64,000 bases of DNA from an uncultured Clostridia bacterium (GCA_959605945.1 CAUHGY010000001.1:3413-67412), one strand, 5' to 3'. Shown: positions 9,321 to 19,799, numbered from the stretch's first letter. Numbers and translations are program-made. The notes: generated by a model from the sequence alone, not told the origin.

Positions 9321-9349
9321 TTGACTAAACCTTTAAAATATAATATAAT
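9321..9349 (+). promoter_or_regulatory. Sigma-70-type promoter for rpmE
   Basis: TTGACT (9321-9326), 17-nt spacer, TATAAT (9344-9349). Confidence 0.6.
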
Positions 9350-9378
9350 AACCGAGTAAATTAAAAAAGAGGTGCGTT

Positions 9379-9588
9379 ATGAAACAGGGTATACATCCTA
9401 ATTATCACGAAGTGACTGTTGTTTGCGCTTGTGGTGAGACTTTCAAAACCGGCTCGACCAAAAATACCGACGTTATAAAGGTGGATATTTGCAGTAAATG
9501 TCACCCGTTTTTTACCGGTAAACAAAAATTGGTTGATACCGGCGGCCGTGTTGATAAGTTCAACAAGAGATATAGCAAAGCAAAATAG
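9379..9588 (+). CDS. rpmE: 50S ribosomal protein L31 (Cys-containing, Zn-type)
   Basis: [12 protein letters not shown]...CACGE...[13 protein letters not shown], a near-textbook L31 sequence. RBS AGAGGTG. Confidence 0.95.
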   Translation: MKQGIHPNYHEVTVVCACGETFKTGSTKNTDVIKVDICSKCHPFFTGKQKLVDTGGRVDKFNKRYSKAK

Positions 9589-9602
9589 TTGGCTGTATTC
9601 AT

Positions 9603-9641
9603 GGCTTTAAGGGTATAATTTACGCTTAAAGCCGTTTTTTT
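9603..9641 (+). terminator. Rho-independent terminator after rpmE
   Basis: GGCTTTAAG / CTTAAAGCC stem with a 13-nt loop, followed by G plus T7. Confidence 0.6.
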
Positions 9642-9652
9642 AAATTCTTTCG

Positions 9653-11452
9653 GTGTTTAAGATGGGTAAAAAACAGGAAAAACGCACTTCGATAGGCGGT
9701 CAGGCTGTTTTGGAAGGCGTTATGATGCGCGGCGAAACGTCTATGGCAACTGCCGTAAGAGACGCCGACGGCATAATAAGAATTGAATCGAAACGCGTTA
9801 TATCTCCGAAGAAACGCAATGTTTTTTTCAGACTTCCCATCGTTCGCGGCGTATATTCTTTTGTGCAGTCGCTTGTAGGGGGAACGAAAGTATTGATGCG
9901 TTCTGCCGAAGTTTACGGGGAAGGAGAACCTTCGAAATTTGAAAAATGGATGGCGGAAAAACTGAAAATTAACGTTATGAGCGTAGTCACAACCCTTTCC
10001 GTGGTTTTAGGACTTGCACTTGCTGTAGTGCTGTTCATGTTTTTGCCGCAGCTTATCAGAACGGGAATTGAAAGATTATGCGGTCGGGATTTTAAATTTT
10101 CTCTGCTTGCCAAAAACTTTATAGAAGGCGGCATAAAACTTCTTATTTTCATAGGTTACATCCTTTTGTGTTCGTTGCTTAAAGATATTCGCCGTACGTT
10201 TATGTATCACGGAGCAGAGCATAAAACTATTTCGTGCTATGAAAGAGGGCTTGAGCTGACTGTTGAGAACGCAAAAAAGTGTCCGCGGGTTCACGACCGC
10301 TGCGGAACGACATTTCTTGTATTCGTGATGCTGATAAGCATTCTCGTGTTTGCACTTGTCGAAGCGCTTATCGGTACAGGGGTTGAGAAATTTTATCGCA
10401 TTTTATTAAAGATAGCCCTTCTGCCGGTTGTTGCAGGGCTTTCCTACGAACTGTTGAAAGCGCTTTCGAAAACCGATAGCCCGGTTGTTTATCCTTTAAA
10501 ACTTCCCGGACTTCTTTTGCAGAGAATTACAACGAAAGAACCGGATGATAAAATGCTGGAAGTCGCTATCGCCGCTTTCAAAACAGTGCAGGAGATGGAT
10601 TCAGACCCGTCCGTTCCGGAAAAGCAATTCGACCTTCCTAAAAAGCGAAGAGAAGTGCTGGCATTGATTGCCGGGAAATTAAACGCGGCGGGAATAAATG
10701 AAAAAGCTGAGGCCGAATGGATTTTATCCATAGTTTTGGGCGTCAAGCGCGATGAACTCGACAGCGACAAACTTGTATCTCCTGAAAAAATTGCCGCTGC
10801 GGAAAAAATTGTGTCCGATCGCGTGACCGGCAGACCGCTTTGGTATTGTATCGGAGATACTGATTTTTACGGTTATAAAATCAAGGTTGACGAGCGTGTT
10901 CTTATACCCCGGCCGGAAACTGAGTTGCTTGCCGAAAGCGCTATGAAAGAAATAACCGAAGAAAAAACGGTGCTCGACCTTTGTACGGGCAGCGGCGCAA
11001 TAGCCATTGCGGTAAAAAAGAAGACCGGCGCAACGGTAACGGCGTCAGACGTCAGTGCGGACGCACTGTCTCTTGCCGGAGAAAACGCCGCGATTAACGG
11101 AGCAGATATAGAATTTATAGAAAGCGACATATTTTCTGCTCTTAAAGGCAGAAAATTCGACGTTATCATTTCAAATCCGCCATACGTTAAGAGCGGAGAT
11201 ATAAGCAGTTTACAGAATGAAATTAAAAATTTCGAGCCGATTTCTGCGCTCGACGGCGGTGAAGACGGGCTTGATTTTTATCGTATAATAGCAAAACGCG
11301 TGACAAAACATCTGAACAAAGGCGGAATGCTTTTTTTGGAATGCGGTATGGGGCAGGCGGAGAAAATAAAAGAAATGCTCGGCAAATTCGCTAGCGTAAA
11401 AATAATAAAAGATTACGAAAAAGTGGACAGAATAATTAAGGCGGTGCTTTGA
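9653..11452 (+). CDS. prmC: Fusion protein: DUF1385 membrane domain (N-terminal) plus release-factor glutamine N5-methyltransferase PrmC/HemK (C-terminal)
   Basis: The N-terminal ~320 aa have the DUF1385 hallmarks YHGAEHKTI and HDRCGTTF plus TM helices. The C-terminal part has the PrmC N-domain ([17 protein letters not shown]), VLIPRPETE, the SAM motif [10 protein letters not shown] and the catalytic NPPY. It is one uninterrupted ORF. The start may be the ATG at 9662. Confidence 0.85.
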   Translation: MFKMGKKQEKRTSIGGQAVLEGVMMRGETSMATAVRDADGIIRIESKRVISPKKRNVFFRLPIVRGVYSFVQSLVGGTKVLMRSAEVYGEGEPSKFEKWMAEKLKINVMSVVTTLSVVLGLALAVVLFMFLPQLIRTGIERLCGRDFKFSLLAKNFIEGGIKLLIFIGYILLCSLLKDIRRTFMYHGAEHKTISCYERGLELTVENAKKCPRVHDRCGTTFLVFVMLISILVFALVEALIGTGVEKFYRILLKIALLPVVAGLSYELLKALSKTDSPVVYPLKLPGLLLQRITTKEPDDKMLEVAIAAFKTVQEMDSDPSVPEKQFDLPKKRREVLALIAGKLNAAGINEKAEAEWILSIVLGVKRDELDSDKLVSPEKIAAAEKIVSDRVTGRPLWYCIGDTDFYGYKIKVDERVLIPRPETELLAESAMKEITEEKTVLDLCTGSGAIAIAVKKKTGATVTASDVSADALSLAGENAAINGADIEFIESDIFSALKGRKFDVIISNPPYVKSGDISSLQNEIKNFEPISALDGGEDGLDFYRIIAKRVTKHLNKGGMLFLECGMGQAEKIKEMLGKFASVKIIKDYEKVDRIIKAVL

Positions 11453-12528
11453 TGTTTAAAAAACTGGACAAAATGCTCGAGCGATACGATAAACTTAACG
11501 AGTTGGTATCCAGCAGCGAAGTATTATCAAATATCGACGAATGGAAATCCTATACCAAAGAGCTTGCCGAAATAAGCGAAACGGTTGAAAAATATACGGA
11601 ATACAAAAAAACGGTCAAAGAATTGCAGGATATAACCGAAATGCTTAAAACTGAAAGCGACCGTGATATGAAAGCCCTGATGGAAGAAGAGCTTGAAACG
11701 TGCAGAGAAAAAACCGAAAAAATCGCGGAAGAACTGCGTATATTGCTTTTGCCGAAAGATCCTAACGACGAAAAGAACGTAATTATGGAAATACGCGCGG
11801 GCGCCGGCGGAGAAGAAGCAAGTTTGTTTGCTTACGAGCTGTACCGGATGTATGTGAAATATGCCGAGAAAAATCGCTGGAAAACCGAAGAAATAGATAA
11901 TAATTCGACCGAGCTCGGGGGCATAAAGGAAGTTGTTTTTTCAATATCCGGCAAAGGCGCTTACAGCAGGCTTAAATTTGAAAGCGGCGTTCACAGAGTG
12001 CAGCGGGTTCCTGAAACCGAGTCGCAGGGCAGGGTGCATACGTCGACCGCAACCGTAGCGGTGCTGCCAGAGGTGGAAGACGTTGAAGTCAATATTGACG
12101 AAAAAGATCTCCGCGTGGATACTTTGAGAAGCAGCGGAGCCGGAGGTCAGCACATCAATAAAACCGAATCCTGCATCAGATTGACGCATATTCCGACCGG
12201 TATAGTTGTTTTATGTCAGGATGAACGGTCTCAGACCAAAAATCGTGAAAAAGCCATGCGCGTTCTTAAAAGCAGACTTTACGACTATTACCGTTCTCAG
12301 TACGATAAAGAATATTCGGAAAACAGAAGAAATCAAGTAGGAACGGGTGACCGATCCGAACGTATCAGAACTTATAATTTCCCACAAGGCCGTGTAACCG
12401 ACCACAGGATCGGACTTACCCTGCATTCGATTGACGCTTTTATGCTCGGAGATCTTGACGAGATGTTAGACGCGTTGGCGATAGCAGACCGCGAAACGAG
12501 GCTTTCGGAAGGTATAGACGAAGAATAA
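11452..12528 (+). CDS. prfA: Peptide chain release factor 1
   Basis: The ATG shares one base with the prmC stop (TGATG). GGQ motif [16 protein letters not shown] tripeptide region [12 protein letters not shown]. Confidence 0.94.
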   Translation: MFKKLDKMLERYDKLNELVSSSEVLSNIDEWKSYTKELAEISETVEKYTEYKKTVKELQDITEMLKTESDRDMKALMEEELETCREKTEKIAEELRILLLPKDPNDEKNVIMEIRAGAGGEEASLFAYELYRMYVKYAEKNRWKTEEIDNNSTELGGIKEVVFSISGKGAYSRLKFESGVHRVQRVPETESQGRVHTSTATVAVLPEVEDVEVNIDEKDLRVDTLRSSGAGGQHINKTESCIRLTHIPTGIVVLCQDERSQTKNREKAMRVLKSRLYDYYRSQYDKEYSENRRNQVGTGDRSERIRTYNFPQGRVTDHRIGLTLHSIDAFMLGDLDEMLDALAIADRETRLSEGIDEE

Positions 12529-12564
12529 AAAGAATAGCCGCAGAATAACAAAGGAGAGCAAAAA

Positions 12565-13761
12565 ATGAGCGTATCTAAAAAAGTAAGAGAAATTGCACCG
12601 TCTTTGACACTTGAAATTACTGCCAAAGCCAAAAAAATGAAAGCCGAAGGCATATCCGTCATCGGGTTCGGTGCTGGCGAACCCGACTTCAATACACCCG
12701 ATTACATAATAGATTCGGCTAAAAAAGCACTTGATACGGGTTTTACCAAATATACGCCGGCATCCGGAACGGCAGAGTTGAAGAAAGCGATTTGTGAGAA
12801 ATTTCTTAAAGATAACGGCTTGAAATATGATCCCGCGCAGATAGTTGTTTCTTCGGGAGCGAAGAGCTCGCTTTATCACGCGATATGCGCTATCGTGGAC
12901 GAAGGCGATGAAGTGATATTGCCGTCGCCGTACTGGCTTACTTATCCCGAGTTGATAAAACTTGCCGGCGGAACGGTAGTTTATGTTAAGGCAGAGAGAG
13001 AAAACGGTTATAAAATGACTGCGTCTCAGCTTGAAAAAGCAATTACTCCGAAAACGAAATGCCTTATACTTAACAGCCCTAATAATCCGACCGGTGCGGT
13101 TTACACCGAATCTGAATTAAAGGCTATTGCGGCTGTTGTCGAGAAAGCGGGAATCTACGTCGTTTCCGACGAGATTTATGAAAAACTTGTTTACGGGGGC
13201 GAAAAACACTGTTCCATTGCGTCTTTCGGCAGTTATATGAAAGACCATACGGTGATAGTCAACGGCATGTCCAAAACATATTCCATGACGGGTTGGCGCA
13301 TAGGTTACCTTGCAGCGCCCGTTGATATCGCCAAAGCGGTGTCCGGTATGCAGAGTCATACCACAAGCAACGCTTGTTCCATTGCGCAGTACGCATCCGT
13401 AGCCGCCCTTTGCGATCCGGAAGGCGAAATATTCATTGCAAAAATGCAGAAGGTATTCGATGAAAGAAGAAAGTATATGGTCGAAAGACTTCAAAAAATG
13501 GATGGCGTTATTTGCATAGAACCAAAAGGCGCATTCTACGTTTTTGCCGATGTTTCCGCTCTTTACGGTAAAACCTACGAAGGCGAAAAAATTACGGGTT
13601 CTCTCTCTTTTGCCGATTGTGCGCTGAAGAAAGGGGTTGCTCTTATTCCCGGCATTGCTTTCGGTGACGATAATTGCATAAGGCTTTCTTACGCTATATC
13701 AATAGAAGACATAAAAGAAGGGCTGGACAGACTGGATAAATTTATCAAGGAGCTGAAATAA
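12565..13761 (+). CDS. Aspartate aminotransferase-type class I PLP aminotransferase
   Basis: NSPNNPTG, SKTYSMTGWRIGY (PLP lysine). RBS AAAGGAG. Confidence 0.85.
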   Translation: MSVSKKVREIAPSLTLEITAKAKKMKAEGISVIGFGAGEPDFNTPDYIIDSAKKALDTGFTKYTPASGTAELKKAICEKFLKDNGLKYDPAQIVVSSGAKSSLYHAICAIVDEGDEVILPSPYWLTYPELIKLAGGTVVYVKAERENGYKMTASQLEKAITPKTKCLILNSPNNPTGAVYTESELKAIAAVVEKAGIYVVSDEIYEKLVYGGEKHCSIASFGSYMKDHTVIVNGMSKTYSMTGWRIGYLAAPVDIAKAVSGMQSHTTSNACSIAQYASVAALCDPEGEIFIAKMQKVFDERRKYMVERLQKMDGVICIEPKGAFYVFADVSALYGKTYEGEKITGSLSFADCALKKGVALIPGIAFGDDNCIRLSYAISIEDIKEGLDRLDKFIKELK

Positions 13762-13762
13762 T

Positions 13763-15154
13763 ATGATCGAAAGAAATAAAAAAACCAATCTTCTTGAAGA
13801 AAAATATTACAGTTATAGCCTGCAGGATGTCGAGAAGCCGCAATTATTCAGAGATATTTTCGATTATGAAAGCGTTCCGAAAGTTATATTCAACGAGCGC
13901 CACGTGCCTATGTCGATGCCGGATGAAATTTGGATAACCGATACTACTTTTCGTGACGGGCAGCAATCAACTTCGCCGTTTACAGTCGGGCAGATTGTGG
14001 AAATTTTCAAATTAATGTCAAGATTGGGCGGCAAAAAGGGAATAATCCGTCAGTCTGAATTCTTTTTATATTCGGATAAGGACAGGCAGGCTGTCAGAGC
14101 ATGTCAGGAACTCGGCCTTGAATTTCCCGAAGTTACAAGTTGGATACGTGCCAATAAAAAAGATTTTCAGCTTGTAAAAGAAATGGGACTAAAAGAGACA
14201 GGGGTGCTTGTAAGCTGTTCGGACTATCATATCTTCAAAAAAATGAATCTCACCCGCGCTCAGGCACTTGATAAATATCTCGGCATCGTGAAAGATGCGC
14301 TTGACGCCGGGATAAGGCCGAGATGCCATTTTGAAGATATCACAAGAGCGGACTTTTACGGTTTTGTGGTGCCGTTTGCAAGCGAGCTTATGAAGCTTTC
14401 AAAAGAGAGCAAAATGCCTATAAAAATCCGTGCCTGCGACACAATGGGGTTTGGCGTAAATTATGTGGGAGCGGCGCTTCCGAGAAGTGTTCCGGGCATT
14501 ATTTACGGGCTGCATCATTATGCGGAAGTTCCCAGCGAACTGCTTGAATGGCACGGACATAACGATTTTTATAAGGTCGTCACTAATGCTGCCACAGCTT
14601 GGCTATACGGCTGCGCCGCAGTTAACTGTTCTCTCCTCGGAATCGGCGAGAGGACGGGAAACTGCCCGCTTGAAGCTATGGCAATAGAATACGCATCATT
14701 GAAAGGAACTGACGACGGAATGGATTTTACGGCAATTACCGATATTGCCAATTATTTTGAAAACGAGGTCGGATACGTAATTCCTCCGCGGACGCCTTTT
14801 GTGGGCAGAGCGTTCAATTCCACCCGTGCCGGTATTCATGCGGACGGCATGTTGAAAGACGAAGAGATATATAATATTTTCGACACGTCGAAATTACTTA
14901 ACCGTCCTATGCGCGTTTCTATCAATAATACAAGCGGACTTGCCGGGATAGCGTATTGGATAAATCAATATTATGAGCTTCCCAAGGATCACCGTATAGA
15001 AAAAACACATGAGATAGTTGCGAAAATCAAAGTTTTGATCGATAAAGAATATGAAAACGGGCGCTGCAGCGTAATGGGTGACGACGAACTTGACGCCATG
15101 ATCATGATGTGCGATAAGGAACTGCATAAAAAATTATTGATTTTCGCAGGTTAA
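13763..15154 (+). CDS. DRE-TIM metallolyase of the homocitrate synthase / Re-citrate synthase type
   Basis: Intact catalytic motifs DTTFRDGQQS and HGHNDFY. About 460 aa with no LeuA C-terminal regulatory domain. Assignment to the Re-citrate synthase subtype is from family knowledge plus the adjacent oxaloacetate-forming aminotransferase, and is not proven. Confidence 0.6.
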   Translation: MIERNKKTNLLEEKYYSYSLQDVEKPQLFRDIFDYESVPKVIFNERHVPMSMPDEIWITDTTFRDGQQSTSPFTVGQIVEIFKLMSRLGGKKGIIRQSEFFLYSDKDRQAVRACQELGLEFPEVTSWIRANKKDFQLVKEMGLKETGVLVSCSDYHIFKKMNLTRAQALDKYLGIVKDALDAGIRPRCHFEDITRADFYGFVVPFASELMKLSKESKMPIKIRACDTMGFGVNYVGAALPRSVPGIIYGLHHYAEVPSELLEWHGHNDFYKVVTNAATAWLYGCAAVNCSLLGIGERTGNCPLEAMAIEYASLKGTDDGMDFTAITDIANYFENEVGYVIPPRTPFVGRAFNSTRAGIHADGMLKDEEIYNIFDTSKLLNRPMRVSINNTSGLAGIAYWINQYYELPKDHRIEKTHEIVAKIKVLIDKEYENGRCSVMGDDELDAMIMMCDKELHKKLLIFAG

Positions 15155-15230
15155 TTTTAAAAAACTATTGTAATTTCATAAAAAGTGTTATACAATATAG
15201 ATAAGAAAAATTCAGGAGGGAATTTTCTAA

Positions 15231-15638
15231 ATGAAAATTATCTACGGACCTAAAGGAACAGGCAAGACCAAAGCGATTATCGATTGCGCCAATAAAGCGC
15301 TTGACGAAGCAAAAGGTCACGTCATTTTTATTACCGATACAAAGAGATATACATATGACCTTAAATACAGGATACGTTTTTTGGATGTGACGCAGTTTGC
15401 TATTCAGGGTGAAGACGGCTTGCGCGGGTTCTTGAAAGGTATCGTTGCATCCAGCGGCGACAACGAGTATATTTTTCTCGATGGAATTGCAAGGATTGCA
15501 GATAAAAAATTATCCGAACTCGGCAACATTTTTGCGGCAATGGAGAAGCTTGAAAAGGATTTCGGCGTGAAATTTGTCGTTACATGCAGTGCAGCCAAAG
15601 AAGATTTGCCTGAGTTTGTATTAAAGTACCTGGATTAA
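15231..15638 (+). CDS. Stand-alone 135-aa P-loop ATPase, function unknown
   Basis: Walker A GPKGTGKT at residues 6-13 and a Walker-B-like YIFLDG. RBS AGGAGGG. It has its own terminator. Confidence 0.55.
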   Translation: MKIIYGPKGTGKTKAIIDCANKALDEAKGHVIFITDTKRYTYDLKYRIRFLDVTQFAIQGEDGLRGFLKGIVASSGDNEYIFLDGIARIADKKLSELGNIFAAMEKLEKDFGVKFVVTCSAAKEDLPEFVLKYLD

Positions 15639-15669
15639 CTTGTTTTTATAATAAAAATAGTGTAAAATA

Positions 15670-15700
15670 GAAGTCGGAAGAATTTCCGGCTTCTGTTTTA
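15670..15700 (+). terminator. Rho-independent terminator
   Basis: GAAGTCGGAA / TTCCGGCTTC 10-bp stem with a GAAT loop, then a T-rich tail. Confidence 0.6.
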
Positions 15701-15815
15701 AATAAACGAAATAACTAAAAACGGTTTAAAATAATCTGAATAAAAAATCGCGGCAGTGAATGCATTAAAGCGCATGCAGACACTAAAACAATCAAACCGT
15801 TACGGAGTTTATAAT

Positions 15816-17297
15816 ATGAAATTTATAAGCACAAGAGGAAAATCGGCGGCGGCAAACGCTGCAGAAGCAATTGTAAAAGGTCTTGCCGATGACGGCGGAC
15901 TGTTTGTGCCCGAAAGTTTTCCTTCGCTTGCAAGAGAGCTTGAAAAAATGCTTTCTATGGATTATGCCGAAAGGGCATGCTTTATATTGAGTAGGTATTT
16001 GGAAGAATATGATTTCGGCGAATTGCTTGAAGCATGCAAAAGCGCATATTCGAAATTTGACGACGGCGATGCGGCTCCGTTAGTTAAAACCGGCGACGGT
16101 TTTTTCGTGCTGGAACTTTTTCATGGTCCCACTCTTGCGTTTAAAGATATCGCGTTGACATTGCTTCCGTATTTATTGAGAAAGGGTGCCGATATATGCG
16201 GAATAAAGGAAAAGATTCTCATACTTGTTGCTACCAGCGGTGATACCGGTAAGGCCGCGCTCGAAGGGTTTAAGAATGCGGAAGGTATAAAAATAATGGT
16301 GTTTTATCCCAGCGAAGGCGTAAGCGACATGCAGAAACTGCAAATGCAAACGCAGGAAGGGGATAACGTTAACGTCGTAGCGGTTGACGGCAATTTCGAT
16401 GATTGCCAGACGGCGGTGAAGAAGATATTTTCCGGCGATGAAATACAGAATACTCTTAAAAAATCGGGGGTTATTCTGTCGAGCGCCAATTCCATCAATT
16501 TCGGCAGGCTTGTTCCGCAGATAGTTTATTATTTTTCTGCTTATTGCGACCTTTGCACCAGCGGAGAGATAGAACTCGGGGAGAAAGTAAATTTCGTTGT
16601 TCCGACCGGAAATTTCGGCAATATTCTTGCGGGATATTATGCAAAGAAGATGGGGCTTCCCATCGGGAAACTTGTATGTGCGTCCAATTCAAACAACGTT
16701 CTGACCGAATTTTTTGCCAGCGGAGAGTATGACGCTAACAGAGAGTTTTTCAAAACTATGTCGCCGTCAATGGATATTTTGATATCCAGCAATCTCGAAC
16801 GATTGCTGTTCGAAATAAACGGCAGAGATCCGGTTGTTACGGAAAAAGAGATGTCGGAATTAAAGAAATTCGGCAAGTATTCGGTATCGAAAGACAAAAT
16901 TTTGAAACTTTCCGCCGACTTTTACGCAGATTGTTGCGACGAAGATGAGTGTGTTGCCGCCATTTCGGGTTTTTACGATGAATACGGATATATTCTCGAC
17001 CCGCACACGGCGGTTGCGGTAGACGTTGCGGACGGATTTATAAGCTATACCGGAAACAAAGATGCAACTGTCGTTTTGTCGACCGCAAGTCCTTATAAGT
17101 TTTCTCAGAATGTTCTTAAGGCCATCACCGGCAAATATGAACAGGATGCTTTTAAGGCTGCGGAAAAACTTTTCAAACACACGGCGGAACCTGTCCCGCA
17201 ACAGATTGCCGGACTGAAAGATAAAAAAATAAGATTTTCGAAAACAGTTGCGAAGGAAGATGCGGAAAGAACCGTTATAGAATTTGCGATAAAATAG
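15816..17297 (+). CDS. thrC: Threonine synthase (long form)
   Basis: MKFISTRG N-terminus and the PLP-lysine motif FHGPTLAFKD. The start is set at the internal ATG, which has an ACGGAG RBS. The ORF-track start at 15756 has no RBS. Confidence 0.9.
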   Translation: MKFISTRGKSAAANAAEAIVKGLADDGGLFVPESFPSLARELEKMLSMDYAERACFILSRYLEEYDFGELLEACKSAYSKFDDGDAAPLVKTGDGFFVLELFHGPTLAFKDIALTLLPYLLRKGADICGIKEKILILVATSGDTGKAALEGFKNAEGIKIMVFYPSEGVSDMQKLQMQTQEGDNVNVVAVDGNFDDCQTAVKKIFSGDEIQNTLKKSGVILSSANSINFGRLVPQIVYYFSAYCDLCTSGEIELGEKVNFVVPTGNFGNILAGYYAKKMGLPIGKLVCASNSNNVLTEFFASGEYDANREFFKTMSPSMDILISSNLERLLFEINGRDPVVTEKEMSELKKFGKYSVSKDKILKLSADFYADCCDEDECVAAISGFYDEYGYILDPHTAVAVDVADGFISYTGNKDATVVLSTASPYKFSQNVLKAITGKYEQDAFKAAEKLFKHTAEPVPQQIAGLKDKKIRFSKTVAKEDAERTVIEFAIK

Positions 17298-17336
17298 TTT
17301 TTCAATCGGTTTTTAAGGAAAAAACGGTAAAATAAT

Positions 17337-18344
17337 ATGGAAAATGATAAAAAAATATTATTCAGCGCGATACAGCCGAGCGGTATACTTACTATAGGAA
17401 ACTATCTCGGAGCGCTGCGAAATTTTAAAAAATTACAGGATGATTATAAAAGTATTTTTTCTATAGCCGATCTGCACACGCTTACCGTGCGTCAGGAACC
17501 GGCAATGCTTCGTAAAAATACTTATGAACTTACGGCGCTTTATCTTGCTTGCGGAATAGATCCGGAAAAATCAGTGCTGTTTGCGCAGTCGCATGTGCCG
17601 GCGCATGCCGAACTTTGCTGGATACTGAATACGGTTAGTTATCCCGGCGAACTTTCACGCATGACTCAGTTTAAGGATAAAAGCGCCAAACACGAAGATA
17701 ATATAAATATGGGGCTCATGGACTATCCCGTGCTGATGGCTGCCGATATTTTGCTGTATCAGACAGAACTTGTGCCTATAGGAGAAGATCAGCGTCAGCA
17801 TCTCGAGTTGTCGAGAGACCTGGCGATAAGATTCAACAACCGTTACGGCGAAACTTTTAAAGTCCCCGAAGCATATATCGGAAAAACCGCGGCTCGTATT
17901 AAATCTCTTGCCGAACCTGAGCGCAAAATGAGCAAATCCGACGCCAACTTAAACGCGTTTATCTCTATCGACGATGATCCGGATACGGTTATAAGAAAAT
18001 TTAAAAGAGCGGTTACCGACAGCGGCAGTTACGTAAAATGCTCTCCGGACAAACCGGGTATTACGAATCTTCTTACTATTTATTCGGCGTTTACGGGCAT
18101 AGATATCGAGCAGGCGGAAAAGGATTTTGAAGGAATCGGTTACGGCGATTTTAAGCTGAAAGTAGGCGAGGCGGTCGTTGCTGTTTTAGAACCTATACGC
18201 CGAGAAAAGAACAGATTGCTTCAGAATAAAGATTATTTAGACGATGTTTTAAAAGACGGGGCGGAAAGGGCAGCTTCGCTTGCCTATAGGACGCTGGGCA
18301 AAGTCTATAAAAAAGTCGGCTTACTCGCTAAAAAAAGAGGATAA
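17337..18344 (+). CDS. trpS: Tryptophan--tRNA ligase
   Basis: Class I signatures TIGN (HIGH-like) and KMSKS. Confidence 0.93.
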   Translation: MENDKKILFSAIQPSGILTIGNYLGALRNFKKLQDDYKSIFSIADLHTLTVRQEPAMLRKNTYELTALYLACGIDPEKSVLFAQSHVPAHAELCWILNTVSYPGELSRMTQFKDKSAKHEDNINMGLMDYPVLMAADILLYQTELVPIGEDQRQHLELSRDLAIRFNNRYGETFKVPEAYIGKTAARIKSLAEPERKMSKSDANLNAFISIDDDPDTVIRKFKRAVTDSGSYVKCSPDKPGITNLLTIYSAFTGIDIEQAEKDFEGIGYGDFKLKVGEAVVAVLEPIRREKNRLLQNKDYLDDVLKDGAERAASLAYRTLGKVYKKVGLLAKKRG

Positions 18345-18345
18345 A

Positions 18346-19212
18346 ATGTTTGGCTACGTCAAAACGGATTTGCCCAACATGTACGTTAAAGATACGGTTC
18401 TTTACCGTGCAATGTATTGCAGCCTTTGCAAAGGAATAGGAAGAACCTGCGGTCAAACAGGCAGGTTAGCTTTGAATTACGACATGACTTTTTTGTCAGT
18501 GTTCGTTCATAATTTAGCGGGTACAGACGTAAAAATAACAAAACAGCGATGCGCCGTGCATTGGTTTGTCGGAAAGCCGATTGCCGAACCCGACGATATT
18601 ACAGATAAAATTGCTGCTCTTAATATTATTCTGGCATATTATAAACTCAGCGACGATGTGATTGACGGGGGAAAAGGTAGGTTGAAGCGTTCCTTTTTCA
18701 AAAAAGCTTATAAAAGAGCTAAAAAGGCTCAACCTGAACTTGAAAATATTGTAAAGGGAAGATATAACGAGCTGCTGGCATATGAAAAAATCGCCGGTGA
18801 CAGCATAGATATGGCTGCCGACCCGTTCGGCAACATGATAAGAGACGTCGTTGCGGAATTGTTGAAAGAAAAAGCCGATCAGTCTGTGCTGTCGATAGCA
18901 TATAATCTCGGAAAATGGATTTATCTGATTGATGCGCTCGACGATTTTGATAAAGATTTGAAAAAGAAAAATTATAACGTACTGGTAAACGCTTATCCGG
19001 GATTTTCCTGCAGAGATGAATTGATGAATAAAAAACGGCAGGATATTGAGTTTGTTTTTACCACTTTACTTGCCGAAATCAGCAGGGAGGCAACCCGTTT
19101 AAAATATAATTTCAATCACGATCTTACAGACAATATTCTGCTGTTCGGATTGAAACAACAAACATTAAGTATTATGGAGAACAAAAAATGCAAGAGTACT
19201 ACAAAATTTTAG
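18346..19212 (+). CDS. DUF5685-like conserved hypothetical protein
   Basis: N-terminus MFGYVKTDL...YRAMYCSLCK, recognised from memory as the DUF5685 family. All-helical look. Asp-rich motifs DDVID and DDFDKD. The ATG is 1 nt after the trpS stop. Confidence 0.55.
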   Translation: MFGYVKTDLPNMYVKDTVLYRAMYCSLCKGIGRTCGQTGRLALNYDMTFLSVFVHNLAGTDVKITKQRCAVHWFVGKPIAEPDDITDKIAALNIILAYYKLSDDVIDGGKGRLKRSFFKKAYKRAKKAQPELENIVKGRYNELLAYEKIAGDSIDMAADPFGNMIRDVVAELLKEKADQSVLSIAYNLGKWIYLIDALDDFDKDLKKKNYNVLVNAYPGFSCRDELMNKKRQDIEFVFTTLLAEISREATRLKYNFNHDLTDNILLFGLKQQTLSIMENKKCKSTTKF

Positions 19213-19799
19213 GCGTGTCCGAAAACGCCAGCGCAGAAGAAATCGACGAGGCGTACCGCAGACTAAAAGAAAAATACTCACGTGAACGTTTTTATGAGGG
19301 GGAACTCGGAAACGAAGCCGCAAAAAATCTTACAAAACTCGAAACGGCTTATACCGAGTTGAAATCCATGCGTCACAGCAGTAATCAAACCGAAAGCGCC
19401 GAGGTGGATTTTTCGGATATCGAGCAGTTTATAAAAGACAATAAAATGGATAAGGCTCAGAACCGTCTTGATGATATTTCTGACAGAAATGCAGAATGGC
19501 ATTATCTTCAGTCTGTTGTTTTTTATAAAAAGAATTGGACCAACGAGAGTAAAAAGCAGCTTGAAATTGCCATGAATATGGATCCTTATAATACAAAATA
19601 TAAGGAAGCTTACACGAAACTTAAACAGAAAATGGAATTCAACGAGAAAGCTTTTCATTCCGGCAATGCGGGTTATAACCAAAACGCAAACGCTCAACCC
19701 AATGACAGGCAGATGGGCGGCAGCGACTGCGGAAGTTTTGCCGAGTGCTGCAGCACCTGGTGTTGTATCAATTTGCTTTGCAACGGATGTTGCAGATAA
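19188..19799 (+). CDS. J-domain-like protein lacking HPD, with a Cys-rich C-terminal tail
   Basis: YYKILGV...EEIDEAYRRLKEKY matches J-domain helices I-II, but the HPD position reads SRE. The C-terminus CGSFAECCSTWCCINLLCNGCC has 8 Cys in the last 23 residues. It overlaps the upstream gene by 25 nt. Confidence 0.6.
   Translation: MQEYYKILGVSENASAEEIDEAYRRLKEKYSRERFYEGELGNEAAKNLTKLETAYTELKSMRHSSNQTESAEVDFSDIEQFIKDNKMDKAQNRLDDISDRNAEWHYLQSVVFYKKNWTNESKKQLEIAMNMDPYNTKYKEAYTKLKQKMEFNEKAFHSGNAGYNQNANAQPNDRQMGGSDCGSFAECCSTWCCINLLCNGCCR

Noticed and set aside
15756-15815. N-terminal extensions suggested by the ORF track (thrC 15756; also 18280, 43314, 48672, 53315, 59467 and 56533 on the minus strand)
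   Set aside because: In each case an internal ATG with a proper Shine-Dalgarno matches the family's usual N-terminus. The extension would overlap the upstream gene or lack an RBS.
17298-17336. Expected a Trp T-box upstream of trpS
   Set aside because: Only 39 nt separate thrC and trpS, with no room and no T-box motif. trpS appears to be co-transcribed.
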